From Amphiscolops sp. MND2022 (taxonomy: Eukaryota), in NCBI GenBank assembly GCA_964187785.1, contig OZ076409.1, positions 28,026,001 through 28,090,000 of the forward strand: a DNA stretch of 64,000 bases. The letters run 5' to 3'. The position numbers and the translations under genes are program-made. The stretch's first letter is position 1. Each line of letters begins with the position of its first letter. Positions 1 through 13,300 of the stretch are shown here, piece after piece. The notes beneath the pieces are model-generated. The model had not been told where the DNA came from and did no database searches. It worked only from the letters and a program-made list of their open reading frames with translations.

Positions 1-1009
1 GTTAAATAGACAGTTTCTTCCGTCGTCTCTGAGATGGTCGGATTTTTCTGAAAGGAATCGTTTTTTTTGCGGATCAGATTTCTAAGAATGTATTGCTTCT
101 TAAGTATAGTATGTAGTAACTTGCGGCCAGTCCCGATGTTTGGGTGTATTTCCTGGAGATCACCATTGAAATTTAGGTTGTTCCTTTTCCAGGTTGACGC
201 GAGGCGCGTCTTCACGGGAGTGTACGCCTTTGATCTAATTGCCGCGGGTCTAATGGAATTAAATCTAACTGTTAGGTCTAACTTTCAGATCTAATTTTAT
301 CTAAAATACTTAGTTCTAACCCCTTTATGATCTAATATGTGTTCTGAAAGCGAAAGTATAATGTCGGGCATATGCGATGTATGCACGCTCGCCCTCACCG
401 TCGCAAAGACCAGCTCCCAATACGATCGTTTCGCGATCTCCGTTCCCGCTAGATCTTTGCTCCTGTTCGACCTTGCTTAGCAAGATGGGAATATAAGCGG
501 CCCAAGGGGCCGCGGGGTATTAGAGGAAATGGGGACAGATTTAGATCCTAATTGACTTATTTTTTTTCTCAAATTAGATCAAATTAGAAGAGATTTTCAG
601 ACCTGATTATTTATATCAATTTAATTAGATCTCAGTTTTGCCCCCTCTCTTAGATCTATTTAATTAGACCTGATTCCTCGTAGCTGTCTTCACGTCCAGA
701 ATAAGAATCCCCGTGCTCTTCAACTTTTGCTGTTTGGTGAGCTTGCCCGTTGGACGCAAAGAATAGCTTCTATTCTGTTCTTGAACGAACACAAAGTGTC
801 CAACATATTCTTTGTCTAACAGGGTCTGTTTCCGTTACTTCGATGTTTGGAAAAAGATTTGCTGATCACGTTGTGTCATATTACCAATTTTTCAGTTCTA
901 CTTCTTGAAAGGGAGTTTTGGAGTTTTTTCCCTGGTCTAGGGCTTGTGGGCTTAAAGATAGGCCACGAATTGTCAGAATATTTGTTTTCAGTGCCTTTTG
1001 CTTGGGTGG

Positions 1010-2318
1010 GGGAGAACGGAATAAGACCTACGGAATAAGACCTAAATCGAAAACGAGAATAAGACCTAAGAATTCTTTCATTTTTCGGGAATAAGACCCA
1101 AAGTTTTAGGACTTATTCCTGCTTTTTAGGTCCTTTTCCTGTTCAATGGTATTAATTGTTTTTCAAGTTTTTCAGTCGATATGGAATAATGAGTATAAAG
1201 GGAAATTGAATTTGAGGTGTCATCTCTATCGGAAAGAGTGCACAGGTACAGCCAGCATTGAGGATGGTCTCCTTTTTGAAAATCAGCCCCATTGCCACGA
1301 TAGAGACTTGCATTCCATCGAAAAACTGAAAATTGAGGCCAAAATAAAAGAGGATTCTGAAAAAACACCGCTCGCTCCCCGTGATATATACAACAACCAT
1401 GTAAATGATTCCAATGCTCAAATAAGTCCTTTTCCTAATATTTCTTCAACTATGCGAAAAAGACGTGCAAAAACTTTTCCACCAGTTCCGAAGACGCTCC
1501 CCGAATTCGATCAAACTCTGAGAGAAAACGACCTAGGTTGCATTGAGAAGAAAGTCTTCTATCGTTCCTTTTCAACAGCTGTCGGAGAGTATGCTCTTAT
1601 ATTCTCAACTGAAATTCCTGACGACCTCCTAGAAAAAATTGAAATTCTCCCATGCTTTCTGTCAATGGCCAGAATCGTCTTACAAATTCGGAAGTAGAGG
1701 ATTTTCATAGTAACTTTGGCAAACGTATGGCTCGAAAACGTCTCAATTTTTGGTACTTTCTTAACAAACTGAAAGTTGTTGCCAAAGCTTCTCATTTGGA
1801 AATAATTCAACTTGGTCAGGGTATTTTGACGCGACGATATAAGCGCAAATCCAGCAAAATTATTGATCGATACATCAGCGAAGCTGAACAAAAATTACAA
1901 GAAGAGAGGTATAGAAGCATGGAATTTCTGAAAGCGAAGAGATGGAACTAACGGACTTCACGTTCTGCAGTTTCTGCGAGACCCAAAAGATTGAATTCTG
2001 CGCAACTCCGTGTGGGCATATGCTCTGCACTTTGTGCATTGAGCAACAAAGTTGCCCTAAATGTCATCTATCAATTGTGTCACGCTTTGCAATTTTTTTC
2101 GATGCCTGATAACTGTGTCTTAATTCTTTAATTAAGGAATTAATTCTGGCCTCAAACGCTCTTTTTTTTAAAAAAAATGGACTTATTCCCCATTTTAGGT
2201 CTTATTCCTGATTTTTTAGGTCTTATTCCTCTATTTTTCATTTTAGGTCTTATTCCTTTAGGTCTTATTCCTTTTGAATTTTTAGGTCTTATTCCTTAGG
2301 TCTTATTCCTGGTCACCC
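1010..2318 (+). mobile_element. Mutator/MULE-type DNA transposon, internally deleted, with tandem-repeat TIRs
   Basis: Left end GGGAGAAC plus repeated GGAATAAGACCT; right end repeated AGGTCTTATTCC plus TGGTCACCC; flanked by direct repeat (C)TTGGGTGG (8-9 bp TSD); transposase fragments inside. Confidence 0.85.
1146..2109 (+). pseudogene. Fragmented MULE transposase: FLYWCH-like Zn finger, C-terminal TNxxxExFH motif, RING-HC finger
   Basis: LRCHLYRKECTGTA...PHCH (1146 frame); LTNSEVEDFHS...NFWYFLNKLK (1652 frame); CSFC...PCGHMLCTLC...CPKC (1942-2109); the central catalytic core is missing. Confidence 0.75.
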
Positions 2319-2320
2319 TT

Positions 2321-2664
2321 GGGTGGCTGTAAATAGGTCGAATTTTTCTGGTCGAAAGGACAGAGGTCGAACCTTTCGATCGAATTACAGGGATTGAATG
2401 GAATGCGGTCGAATTTTATCGTATTTGTTGTATGGCTCGGTCGCTTCGCTCCCTTCGCCAAGTAGCAACATTGAGGCATGGCCATATGGCACTTCGCTCC
2501 GCTTCGCTCCTGCATTCAGGGCACTAGGGTTATATGAACATATCTGACTACGTTATAAAAATTTCGATCCGAGTTGTTTCGATCCCATTCAAAATTTTGG
2601 TATGTCGACCTGAGGACTAACCCTGATTTTCGATCCCGTTCCTTCGACGTACATCCGCCCACCC
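2321..2664. mobile_element. MITE with GTCGAA/TTCGA-repeat TIRs, interrupted at its left tip by the MULE (second copy about 5882-6225)
   Basis: GGGTGG...GTCGAA repeats versus TTCGA repeats...CCACCC; flanks CTTTTGCTT (995-1003) and CTTTCGCTT (2665-2673). Confidence 0.7.
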
Positions 2665-4136
2665 CTTTCGCTTGAGGTGTTCTTATGAATTAACGGCGTT
2701 GTCTAAGGAGCTTGCGCCTATAAGGAAGACAATGTATGAAGATAGATAAAGGAACGAACTAACAGGATAGAGTTGAGTCTTTAGCCTTTTTGCAAACAAG
2801 TCAAGGTCCAATTCAGGTCCGCAAGATCCAAAGATGTGTTGAGCAACCAGATGTGGGTTGAATTTCAATCAAAGTCTCTGAAACTACGTAGTAAGTTCAT
2901 CACAACAATTAGGCTGAGACTAAATACAGGATCAATGGTTTCGTAAATTGTACAAGCGTTTCATAGGGTACATTTTGGCCTGAAAATGACGTCAAAGTTT
3001 TTATCATATTTGTTTTTTGGGCAAAAAAGATGAAAAAAATGTCGAACTTTTTTCTCATTCGTAGCTCATATTTGTCAAAACTGACGAAGATACGGAAACC
3101 ATTCTCTTTCGAGAAAGACAGCATTGATATAGGCGTTTTTTTTTGGACCAACAAAGTTTCCATCAAGTATGACACCTTCGTTTTGCTGGATTTTTTTGAG
3201 CAAATAAAGTTTATGAAAAAATTTTCTGAATTTTTCCATTTTCTCCCAACTTGTAGCTGATTTTTTTCAGAACTGAAAATAGATACGAAACCATTCTCCC
3301 TCACAAAGTGTGGCAAGGATGTGGGCTGCTTTTTGTACTATCAAAGTTTCCGTCATGAAGTATGACGCCTTCGAAATTCTGCCAAAAATATATTTTTCTG
3401 AAAAAAATACTCAACTTTTTAGTTCATCAAAATTTCCAGATCTGGAACTAGATATGTTCAATAGGTTTTTGGCCCTGGGATTTATTCTTTTTTAGCACCT
3501 TCTCCAGACCATTGAACGTTTCTGCTCGAGCCCAAGCGCGATATGCAGTCGCGCCTGTTTTTTTAACGTTAATCTTGATTTCAAAATTGGACTTTCTGAA
3601 AGGTGGAATATCATGTTTTGAAAGTTTTACTACACCAAATGGTTGACATTAGAACAAGAGAGACTTGATGCAGGTTTCTTTGCACGTTCCTTAGTGTTTT
3701 TTTTATCTTAAAAAAATTGCTGCTTTCCCTCCTTCTGATTTCACGTTTTCGAATTTTTTTTTTCATAAGCGGAATTGAGATTTTGAATTGTCACGGATTT
3801 CAACCCAGTATGTAAGACCAAAATGACATTTTAAAGCTTACATCCCGAAATGTAAGCCATTTTAAAATGTCACTGAGATTTATGATGAAATTTTAAATTG
3901 TCACGATATCAATCAAAAATCCTTTAAATTGTCACTGATACTCTATTTTAGCTCTTAAAGCCCAGGTTTGTTCCACTTTGTTTCACCTGAATGTTTTTTT
4001 CAGCTATCGAAATGATCAAATTTTATAATTTAGTATGATTTCCGCAGAGATGAACTTCTGAACATTTCCAATCAATTACGCAGTCTCAAGATTAAGTAGG
4101 ATTAGCAAGTGCTGTGCAATTGACACGTGATGAAAG

Positions 4137-4388
4137 ATGCAAAATCAATTCGATAATGTCAATACATTTGGTGGAAATGATCACATCAATCGCCGGGGCT
4201 CAACAGGGAGCGCGACTAGTCAACAATCCAGTGCTAGCTCTTACACAATCAGTTTCCAAAGTCAACGAGAAGGCTTTCTTTCGAAAGCTACAGGGCGACC
4301 GTTGGAGAAACATAATTCAGAAAAACAGTCTGATCGCAAATGCATTGTCTATCTTCTCGATGGACATCCAATTGAGTTCGCCTATAAA
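4137..4388 (+). CDS. FRMD4: FRMD4-like coding exon 1 (Ser-rich N-terminus plus start of FERM F1 lobe)
   Basis: ATG ... RKCIVYLLDGHPIEFAYK then GTGAGT donor, phase 0. Confidence 0.85.
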
Positions 4389-7300
4389 GTGAGTTTTTGG
4401 CCTTCATTGTATTTTTATTGTTTCTGTGATAGCAGGAATATTATTGAAACCTCAAGATGCCAACTTTTTTTCAGTAAAATTCTTGTGATACTGAATAATT
4501 CAGATATTTTGTTCGGCAGTGACTATAATAAGCGTGAGAATTAAATTTTTCAAGCTGCCGACGGCAATTCAATTCTCGTGCAATGGAACGAGCAAGTGGT
4601 AATTATGCAATCGTACGCTGACGTCATTGAGATGAAGCGAGCGAATTTTCGTAATTATGCTTTCGTACGCCGAATTATTCAGATGAAGCGAATGAGTGTT
4701 AATTATTCGTTCGCCGAGAGCTTCGCCTGCATTTGAATGCGAATGCGAAACTTCGTCTACGCCCAGTAGTTATATTTGCTTTAGTCCGAGATTCAAAGAT
4801 GGTATAAACTGGTACAGTGATTATTTGCGCGCTAAATAAGGATTAAACAGGAGTGTATTGGTATTCCAGATATGATTCTAATATTAATGAAAGATTAAAG
4901 CAGAAATGATAAGTGTGCCCCGGAGGGGCCTATTTTTACAACTCACAAAAGTGTTAACTTAGGGTTCAAGCAAAAGGTAGCTGAATGGTTTCTATTTGGA
5001 TTGAGACAATAGTTGACAACCAAAATTGGCATAAGACCTTGTATTTCTATTTCAGTAGTCCGGACTTCAATTTTTTTACTTCGATTATTCTTTGTAGTGT
5101 AGACCATTTCCCTTTTGAAATATTGCTACATGGGCAACGGAGTATTATTTGCTCCATACGCGCTACTTTCTTGTTTCTTTTTTCATTTTCAAAAATTGTA
5201 ATATTTTTTGAAATTTGTTTTTTTTTTCGAGTTAGAGAAAAACAGATTTCGAATCTTGTTTTTCTTCGGTAATCCTGAAACATCCACCTTTATTACACTT
5301 GCGATAAGCAAGTGTTATGGGAAAGTGCGGGTGCTTTTTCCCCGCGACAATTCTTTCGTTTCAGCCCGCAAGTCGCATAGTTCAGGCGTTCGTGGTCTAG
5401 TGGTAAGATGCTTGCTTTTCAGCCCAGAGGGTTCGTGTTCGAACCCGTGAGTATGCGCTAATTTTTTTTCACCAGTATTCCGAAGCAGAAGGTTCTCACT
5501 AACGGACTTCACGTTCTGCAGTTTCTGCGAGACCCAAAAGATTGAATTCTGCGCAACTCCGTGTGGGCATATGCTCTGCACTTTGTGCATTGAGCAACAA
5601 AGTTGCCCTAAATGTCATCTATCAATTGTGTCACGCTTTGCAATTTTTTTCGATGCCTGATAACTGTGTCTTAATTCTTTAATTAAGGAATTAATTCTGG
5701 CCTCAAACGCTCTTTTTTTAAAAAAAAATGGATTTTTTAGGTCTTATTCCCCATTTTAGGTCTTATTCCTGATTTTTTAGGTCTTATTCCTCTATTTTTC
5801 ATTTTAGGTCTTATTCCTTTAGGTCTTATTCCTTTTGAATTTTTAGGTCTTATTCCTTAGGTCTTATTCCTGGTCACCCTTGGGTGGCTGTAAATAGGTC
5901 GAATTTTTCTGGTCGAAAGGACAGAGGTCGAACCTTTCGATCGAATTACAGGGATTGAATGGAATGCGGTCGAATTTTATCGTATTTGTTGTATGGCTCG
6001 GTCGCTTCGCTCCCTTCGCCAAGTAGCAACATTGAGGCATGGCCATATGGCACTTCGCTCCGCTTCGCTCCTGCATTCAGGGCACTAGGGTTATATGAAC
6101 ATATCTGACTACGTTATAAAAATTTCGATCCGAGTTGTTTCGATCCCATTCAAAATTTTGGTATGTCGACCTGAGGACTAACCCTGATTTTCGATCCCGT
6201 TCCTTCGACGTACATCCGCCCACCCCTTTCGCTTGAGGTGTTCTTATGAATTAACGGCGTTGTCTAAGGAGCTTGCGCCTATAAGGAAGACAACGTATGA
6301 AGATAGATAAAGGAACGAACTAACAGGATAGAGTTGAGTCTTTAGCCTTTTTGCAAACAAGTCAAGGTCCAATTCAGGTCCGCAAGATCCAAAGATGTGT
6401 TGAGCAACCAGATGTGGGTTGAATTTCAATCAAAGTCTCTGAAACTACGTAGTAAGTTCATCACAACAATTAGGCTGAGACTAAATACAGGATCAATGGT
6501 TTCGTAAATTGTACAAGCGTTTCATAGGGTACATTTTGGCCTGAAAATGACTTCAAAGTTTTATCATATTTGTTTTTTTGGGCAAAAAAGATGAAAAAAA
6601 TGTCGGAACTTTTTTCTCATTCGTAGCTCATATTTGTCAAAACTGACGAAGATACGGAAACCATTCTCTTTCGAGAAAGACAGCATTGATATAGGCGTTT
6701 TTTTGGACCAACAAAGTTTCCATCAAGTATGACACCTTCGTTTTGCTGGATTTTTTTGAGCAAATAAAGTTTATGAAAAAAATTTTCTGAATTTTTCCAT
6801 TTTCTCCCAACTTGTAGCTGATTTTTTTCAGAACTGAAAATAGATACGAAACCATTCTCCCTCACAAAGTGTGGCAAGGATGTGGGCTGCTTTTTGTACT
6901 ATCAAAGTTTCCGTCATGAAGTATGACGCCTTCGAAATTCTGCCAAAAATATATTTTTCTGAAAAAAATACTCAACTTTTTAGTTCATCAAAATTTCCAG
7001 ATCTGGAACTAGATATGTTCAATAGGTTTTTGGCCCTGGGATTTATTCTTTTTTAGCACCTTCTCCAGACCATTGAACGTTTCTGCTCGAGCCCAAGCGC
7101 GATATGCAGTCGCGCCTGTTTTTTTAACGTTAATCTTGATTTCAAAATTGGACTTTCTGAAAGGTGGAATATCATGTTTTGAAAGTTTTACTACACCAAA
7201 TGGTTGACATTAGAACAAGAGAGACTTGATGCAGGCTTCTTTGCACGTTCCTTAGTGTTTTTTTATCTTAAAAAAATTGCTGCTTTCCCTCCTTCTGATT

Positions 7301-10300
7301 TCACGTTTTCGATTTTTTTTTCATAAGCGGAATTGAGATTTTGAATTGTCACGGATTTCAACCCAGTATGTAAGACCAAAATGACATTTTAAAGCTTACA
7401 TCCGGAATGTAAGCCATTTTAAAATGTCACTGAGATTTATGATGAAATTTTAAATTGTCACGATATCAATCAAAAATCCTTTAAATTGTCACTGATACTC
7501 TATTTTAGCTCTTAAAGCCCAGGTTTGTTCCACTTTGTTTCACCTGAATGTTTTTTTCAGCTATCGAAATGATCAAATTTTATAATTTAGTATGATTTCC
7601 GCAGAGATGAACTTCTGAACATTTCCAATCAATTACGCAGTCTCAAGATTAAGTAGGATTAGCAAGTGCTGTGCAATTGACACGTGATGAAAGATGCAAA
7701 ATCAATTCGATAATGTCAATACATTTGGTGGAAATGATCACATCAATCGCCGGGGCTCAACAGGGAGCGCGACTAGTCAACAATCCAGTGCTAGCTCTTA
7801 CACAATCAGTTTCCAAAGTCAACGAGAAGGCTTTCTTTCGAAAGCTACAGGGCGACCGTTGGAGAAACATAATTCAGAAAAACAGTCTGATCGCAATGCA
7901 TTGTCTATCTTCTCGATGGACATCCAATTGAGTTCGCCTATAAAGTGAGTTTTTGGCCTTCATTGTATTTTTATTGTTTCTGTGATAGCAGGAATATTAT
8001 TGAAACCTCAAGATGCCAACTTTTTTTCAGTAAAATTCTTGTGATACTGAATAATTCAGATATTTTGTTCGGCAGTGACTATAATAAGCGTGAGAATTAA
8101 ATTTTTCAAGCTGCCGACGGCAATTCAATTCTCGTGCAATGGAACGAGCAAGTGGTAATTATGCAATCGTACGCTGACGTCATTGAGATGAAGCGAGCGA
8201 ATTTTCGTAATTATGCTTTCGTACGCCGAATTATTCAGATGAAGCGAATGAGTGTTAATTATTCGTTCGCCGAGAGCTTCGCCTGCATTTGAATGCGAAT
8301 GCGAAACTTCGTCTACGCCCAGTAGTTATATTTGCTTTAGTCCGAGATTCAAAGATGGTATAAACTGGTACAGTGATTATTTGCGCGCTAAATAAGGATT
8401 AAACAGGAGTGTATTGGTATTCCAGATATGATTCTAATATTAATGAAAGATTAAAGCAGAAATGATAAGTGTGCCCCGGAGGGGCCTATTTTTACAACTC
8501 AGAAAAGTGTTAACTTAGGGTTCAAGCAAAAGGTAGCTGAATGGTTTCTATTTGGATTGAGACAATAGTTGACAACCAAAATTGGCATAAGACCTTGTAT
8601 TTCTATTTCAGTAGTCCGGACTTCAATTTTTTTACTTCGATTATTCTTTGTAGTGTAGACCATTTCCCTTTTGAAATATTGCTACATGGGCAACGGAGTA
8701 TTATTTGCTCCATACGCGCTACTTTCTTGTTTCTTTTTTCATTTTCAAAAATTGAAATATTTTTTGAAATTTGTTTTTTTTTCGAGTTAGAGAAAAACAG
8801 ATTTCGAATCTTGTTTTTCTTCGGTAATCCTGAAACATCCACCTTTATTACACTTGCGATAAGCAAGTGTTATGGGAAAGTGCGGGTGCTTTTTCCCCGC
8901 GACAATTCTTTCGTTTCAGCCCGCAAGTCGCATAGTTCAGGCGTTCGTGGTCTAGTGGTAAGATGCTTGCTTTTCAGCCCAGAGGGTTCGTGTTCGAACC
9001 CGTGAGTATGCGCTAATTTTTTTCACCAGTATTCCGAAGCAGAAGGTTCTCACTTTGTCGCCACTATGAGACTCCTCTCTTTTTTCGGCTTTGTGAGACT
9101 TTTTTTCAAAAAAAAATTTTAATGTCCTCAAAGGGTCCTCCCTTCAATTTGTTTGATATTTTGCAACAAAACAAATGTTAAAAAATCCCTAAGGGTCCCT
9201 TCTTGCAGATTTTTCGGCACTATGAGACTGTTAAAATTCTCATTTTTTTGTTTTTTTTTGAAAATTTCTCAAAGACTGCAATGGGTTCCACCTCATTTTT
9301 TTTGAAATTTTGCAACAGAATGGTTGTTAAAAAATCTCAAAGGGCCTCCCTGATACAGTTTTCGGTATTGTGAGTAATTTCAAATTTTTTGTCCTAAAAT
9401 TAGGTTTTCTGAGACCCAGCACGCTATATCCGAATTGTTTTTTTCAAGACCGTTTTTTTCTATGCTACTTTTTTTCTAATTGGTTTTCATCGAAGCCCCC
9501 CCTCAATTTTTACTTGAAATGAAACGTTTTGCGAGCATAAAGGACTGCTCAAGGTTTTCGGCACTATGCGACTTACCGGAGACCTTCTAAAAATTTTTCG
9601 AAACATTTCGAATTTTTTTCCTCATTTAAAAATGTTACCGGTTGAGGAAGATGGGTTTTTTGCTGTTTTCAGTTGGGGAAGAATGGTTTTCGAGACTTAT
9701 GCCCATCCCTTCGGGTATTTTTTGGCGCTGTAAAATTGATGAAGTTTTACCATAGTCCTTTTACCCTTGGTTCTACGTATGATATTGCTTATTTGGTTTT
9801 CTTCAAAAGTTCGCAACCTTCTGCGCAAATGTTTGCGAAGCACGGCTTTGCCTCTGTGTAAATTTTGTCAAATTTAAACTAACGACGCCTGTGCTACACA
9901 GACATCAGACAATCTTGCCGCCACCAGACATTCCGCCGACAACCGGGAACTTCTAGAACAAGATGACTACAGAGCAATATCAAAAACTGAAAATAATCTA
10001 AAAAGAGACAATTCACTGGCGACCGAAATTTTTTAACTCTGAAAAAGAACAAAACAGGACACGCCTTTATAGATACTTTTAATACAACATTGTCCGCTCT
10101 CCTAGACAGACATCAAGATGCGTTGTTGGTCGTTGTGGTGATGCCCCGTCTTTTACTTCCGCGAACGAAAAGCGAAAATGATGGATCACACAACCAAACG
10201 GTAACGCGACGGTTCGAAATGTGGCTGAGCGAGGACAGTTCGACGATCTGTTTCATGAAGCGAACCCCCTCCAACTATGTCTCAGGAGATCTCAAGCCAT

Positions 10301-13300
10301 ACAAAGAGACGTTTTCAAAGACCTCGGTCACCATGTAGCATCTACACAAATTTCGAATGCGCTCAAATGTCTAGATCTGGAAGGTCACGTACTGTCGCTA
10401 AGCGATAAAGTTGATAAAACAGTGAATCAACTTGCTCGAGAAACATCCAAAGCCAGTAGACATAAAGAAAATTACTTAGTTGAGAATTCTCTTGAACAAA
10501 CTATGCCCTTTCACCCCTCAATCTCTGGCCAACTTAACGCCCGAACGATTCGAAACCCGCCATGAAACCTCAAGGTAGTCACGGGCCGTTAGGTTTAATC
10601 GCAAATGAATGGCGACGTTTTCTGACACTCTCTGGGCAATCCTCTGTTGACATCTGCAAGTGCTTAGCGGACATAGCAAGGCTTATCGCTACAACCGAGC
10701 TACCTTCCGAAACCCTCGACGCCTATAACGCTTGCCGTTTGATTCCATCAGAGAAGAATGCCGTTGTCAGGCCCATTAACGTTGGTGAAGTGCTTCGGCG
10801 ATTAACTGAAAGAAGATTCTAAAATGCCTCTGCAATGATCTCAAACAGCTGGGAGGCACCTTGCATCTCTGTCCAGGTCAAAAATGCGGAACAGGATTGG
10901 CCATTCACTCTTAGAGACGCCGTTGACAAACCCGAATCGGAAGGAGTTCTCCTAATGACGTCACAAATGCATTCAATGGTTTGAACTGAAAATTGGCACT
11001 CAGAAACATAACGGTTATGTCCCTCCCTTCTCATCCCTCTGAAGAATTCATACGCATCGCCTTGCTCCCTATTCGTCAACGGTGAAGAGATTCTTTTACA
11101 AGATGGCACGACTCAAGGTGATCCTCTTCCGTTGGCAATGTATGGAATTGCCCTTTTGCCACTTGTGAAGTTACTGGAGAACACCGATATAGTCCAGAAG
11201 ATCTACATCGACTCGCCGAGGCTTTAGCCGAACACGGCCCAGCGTTTGGACACCACATTACCAAGTGCCACATTATAGCGAAAAAGAGTCACATAAAAAG
11301 CGCCAAGGAAATTCTCAAGAATAAAGATGTTTATATCTTAGAAGGGACTCACCAGCCTGTCTAGATTCCAAAACAAAAGCAGTGTCAGAGCAAGGAAAGA
11401 CCATTTCGAAAGTCTCACAGCACGCCAAAACATCCTCTCAATGTTTATCAAGCGTGTTCGTGAAATACGAGCAACGAAGAGTCGAAGCTGAAAACAGCTC
11501 TTTAACCCGCTCGTGTTTGCCACCACAGGTAGAGCCGCACCGACTGCCTCTACGGTAATGAGCAGGCTTGCATTCAAACTGAGCGATAAGAGTGAAGACA
11601 CTTATGCAGAGGTAATGGGCTGCTTAAGAGCGAAAGTAAGTTGTTCAAACGACAGCCTGAGATCATCGATTCTGCGATCAGTGCAATAGTGTAAGAGGAA
11701 AGACTGTCTTAGTGGAACCACCACATGGTAACGTGCATTTTCTCGCTGATTCCACTTTGCAACGAGCAATGTCTAACATTGTGATACTAATGGAGTAATT
11801 TATAAATTTTCCTCCACTTGCCGATGTCTGCAGTGTTTGCATGTGACCGTTAGTGACACTGCGAGGAGGCTCTGCAGCTTGCAGCGTATACGACTCTCTC
11901 CAACTTTTTCCGACTTGCCCTCCTTTTAACAACGGTCTCCTTCCATATTTGTCCCAACATGAAAAATGGGTTTCAGTACAATTTAAAAAAGGGAAAAAAC
12001 GAACAGCGCCTGTGAAAAGAAGCTATTGTCTAGTTATTACCGCGCGTGAGTTCGCGGTTATCTGCAGCTGTGGCAGTGACTGGGAGTCAGGTGCATGTGG
12101 CTTCGAATCCTACGCTGAACCAGTTTAGTGCTGGCAAAACCCTTTGTGTTTTTCCGGCACTGTGCCACTTTTTTCGAGAACTTTTTTTTGGGAAGTTTTT
12201 TGCGAAGTTAAAGGATATTCTTTTGGGTTTCTCGGCACTATAAAACTATTTTTTTCGAGAAATTCGTCGAATTTTTACAATTGGGTTTTTGATGTTTTGA
12301 GTTAGGGAAAAGCGATTTTGAGAGTGTATCCCTTCGGGCATTTTTGGCATCGTAAATTTGACGACAATTTTCATGACAGTGTTCCTGTGCATATGTAAAA
12401 CACGACTCATTTTGAACCTTAAGCGGGGTGCCGCCTAAAGCCGTTCCCAACTTGTTAGCCCTTTTGGAATCGCTTCCTCAGATATTGTTTATTTGTTTTA
12501 GAATTCTCTCACTGCTCAAGAATTGTATGACATTGTATGCAGCCAACTGTTGCTACAAGAAAAAGAATATTTCGGGCTGTTCACCTTCGACGAGTTGTTA
12601 GTCTGCCTCTAGGTTTCAGACACTTGTAAGACAAATCGTGACGTTTTTTAAATTTACTTCTGTTTTCAGGCGCCACAAACATTGGTTGGACATGAAATCC
12701 AAAGTGACTTCTTGCGTCCTGGACTCTTCGAAGCGTCATTTTGAAATCTATCTCGGCGTCAAGTACAAATTCGATTTTTTTTTCCACCAAATTCAAATTA
12801 AAAGTTCTGTCCCTCGAAGTCCCTAGTGTTGTTTGCAGTAATATTTTCAATCAAAATATTGGACTATCGTGGGGAATTTTGTAACTTTTTGTTTGTAATT
12901 ACTTGAAATCTCAATACTGTTTCTGAAGCCGATTCTTTGCAATTTTCGAAAACTAGGTCACAAGGTGATTTTGGACCTTTTTTTCCTGAATCACTCCTAT
13001 GTTACGCTGTAGCTCAGGAACATTTCCAGAGTTCCATTTTCAGTGAGAATTACAGTAATTTTATTTCCGATACTCGAATTTTTAAATGTGAAATTTCAAT
13101 TTCCTTGTTTCTCAACTGATATTCGTTAACGACAGAACTTTTGTTACCAGAATACGAAAGTTCAGTAACTCAGTGATAATGTTTTTACAGGTTCTTCGTT
13201 TTGAGTTTGAAAAGACTTCGTCATTTCACAACGATAGAACTATTCTATCTTCAGTGTCGTAAACTAGTGTTTGGGGTTAGTGCAAACTTTCGCTGTTCTT

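Larger units (their letters stand above)
1950..9054. repeat. Tandem duplication, two ~3.55-kb units (1950-5500, 5501-9054)
   Basis: Near-identical sequence and duplicated ORFs; junction shares ACT microhomology. Confidence 0.95.

Noticed and set aside
2180..2310. AGGTCTTATTCC repeats as CRISPR or iterons
   Set aside because: They are the inverted counterpart of 1018-1100, i.e. the MULE TIR.
2909..3495. ORFs of 61-135 aa in the duplicated unit
   Set aside because: K/F-rich, broken by homopolymer indels in the second copy; probably an unclassified repeat.
5386..5457. Functional tRNA-Glu genes (also 8941-9012, 51598-51669)
   Set aside because: Anticodon and T stems do not pair, and all copies sit inside a repeat; treated as tRNA-derived segments.
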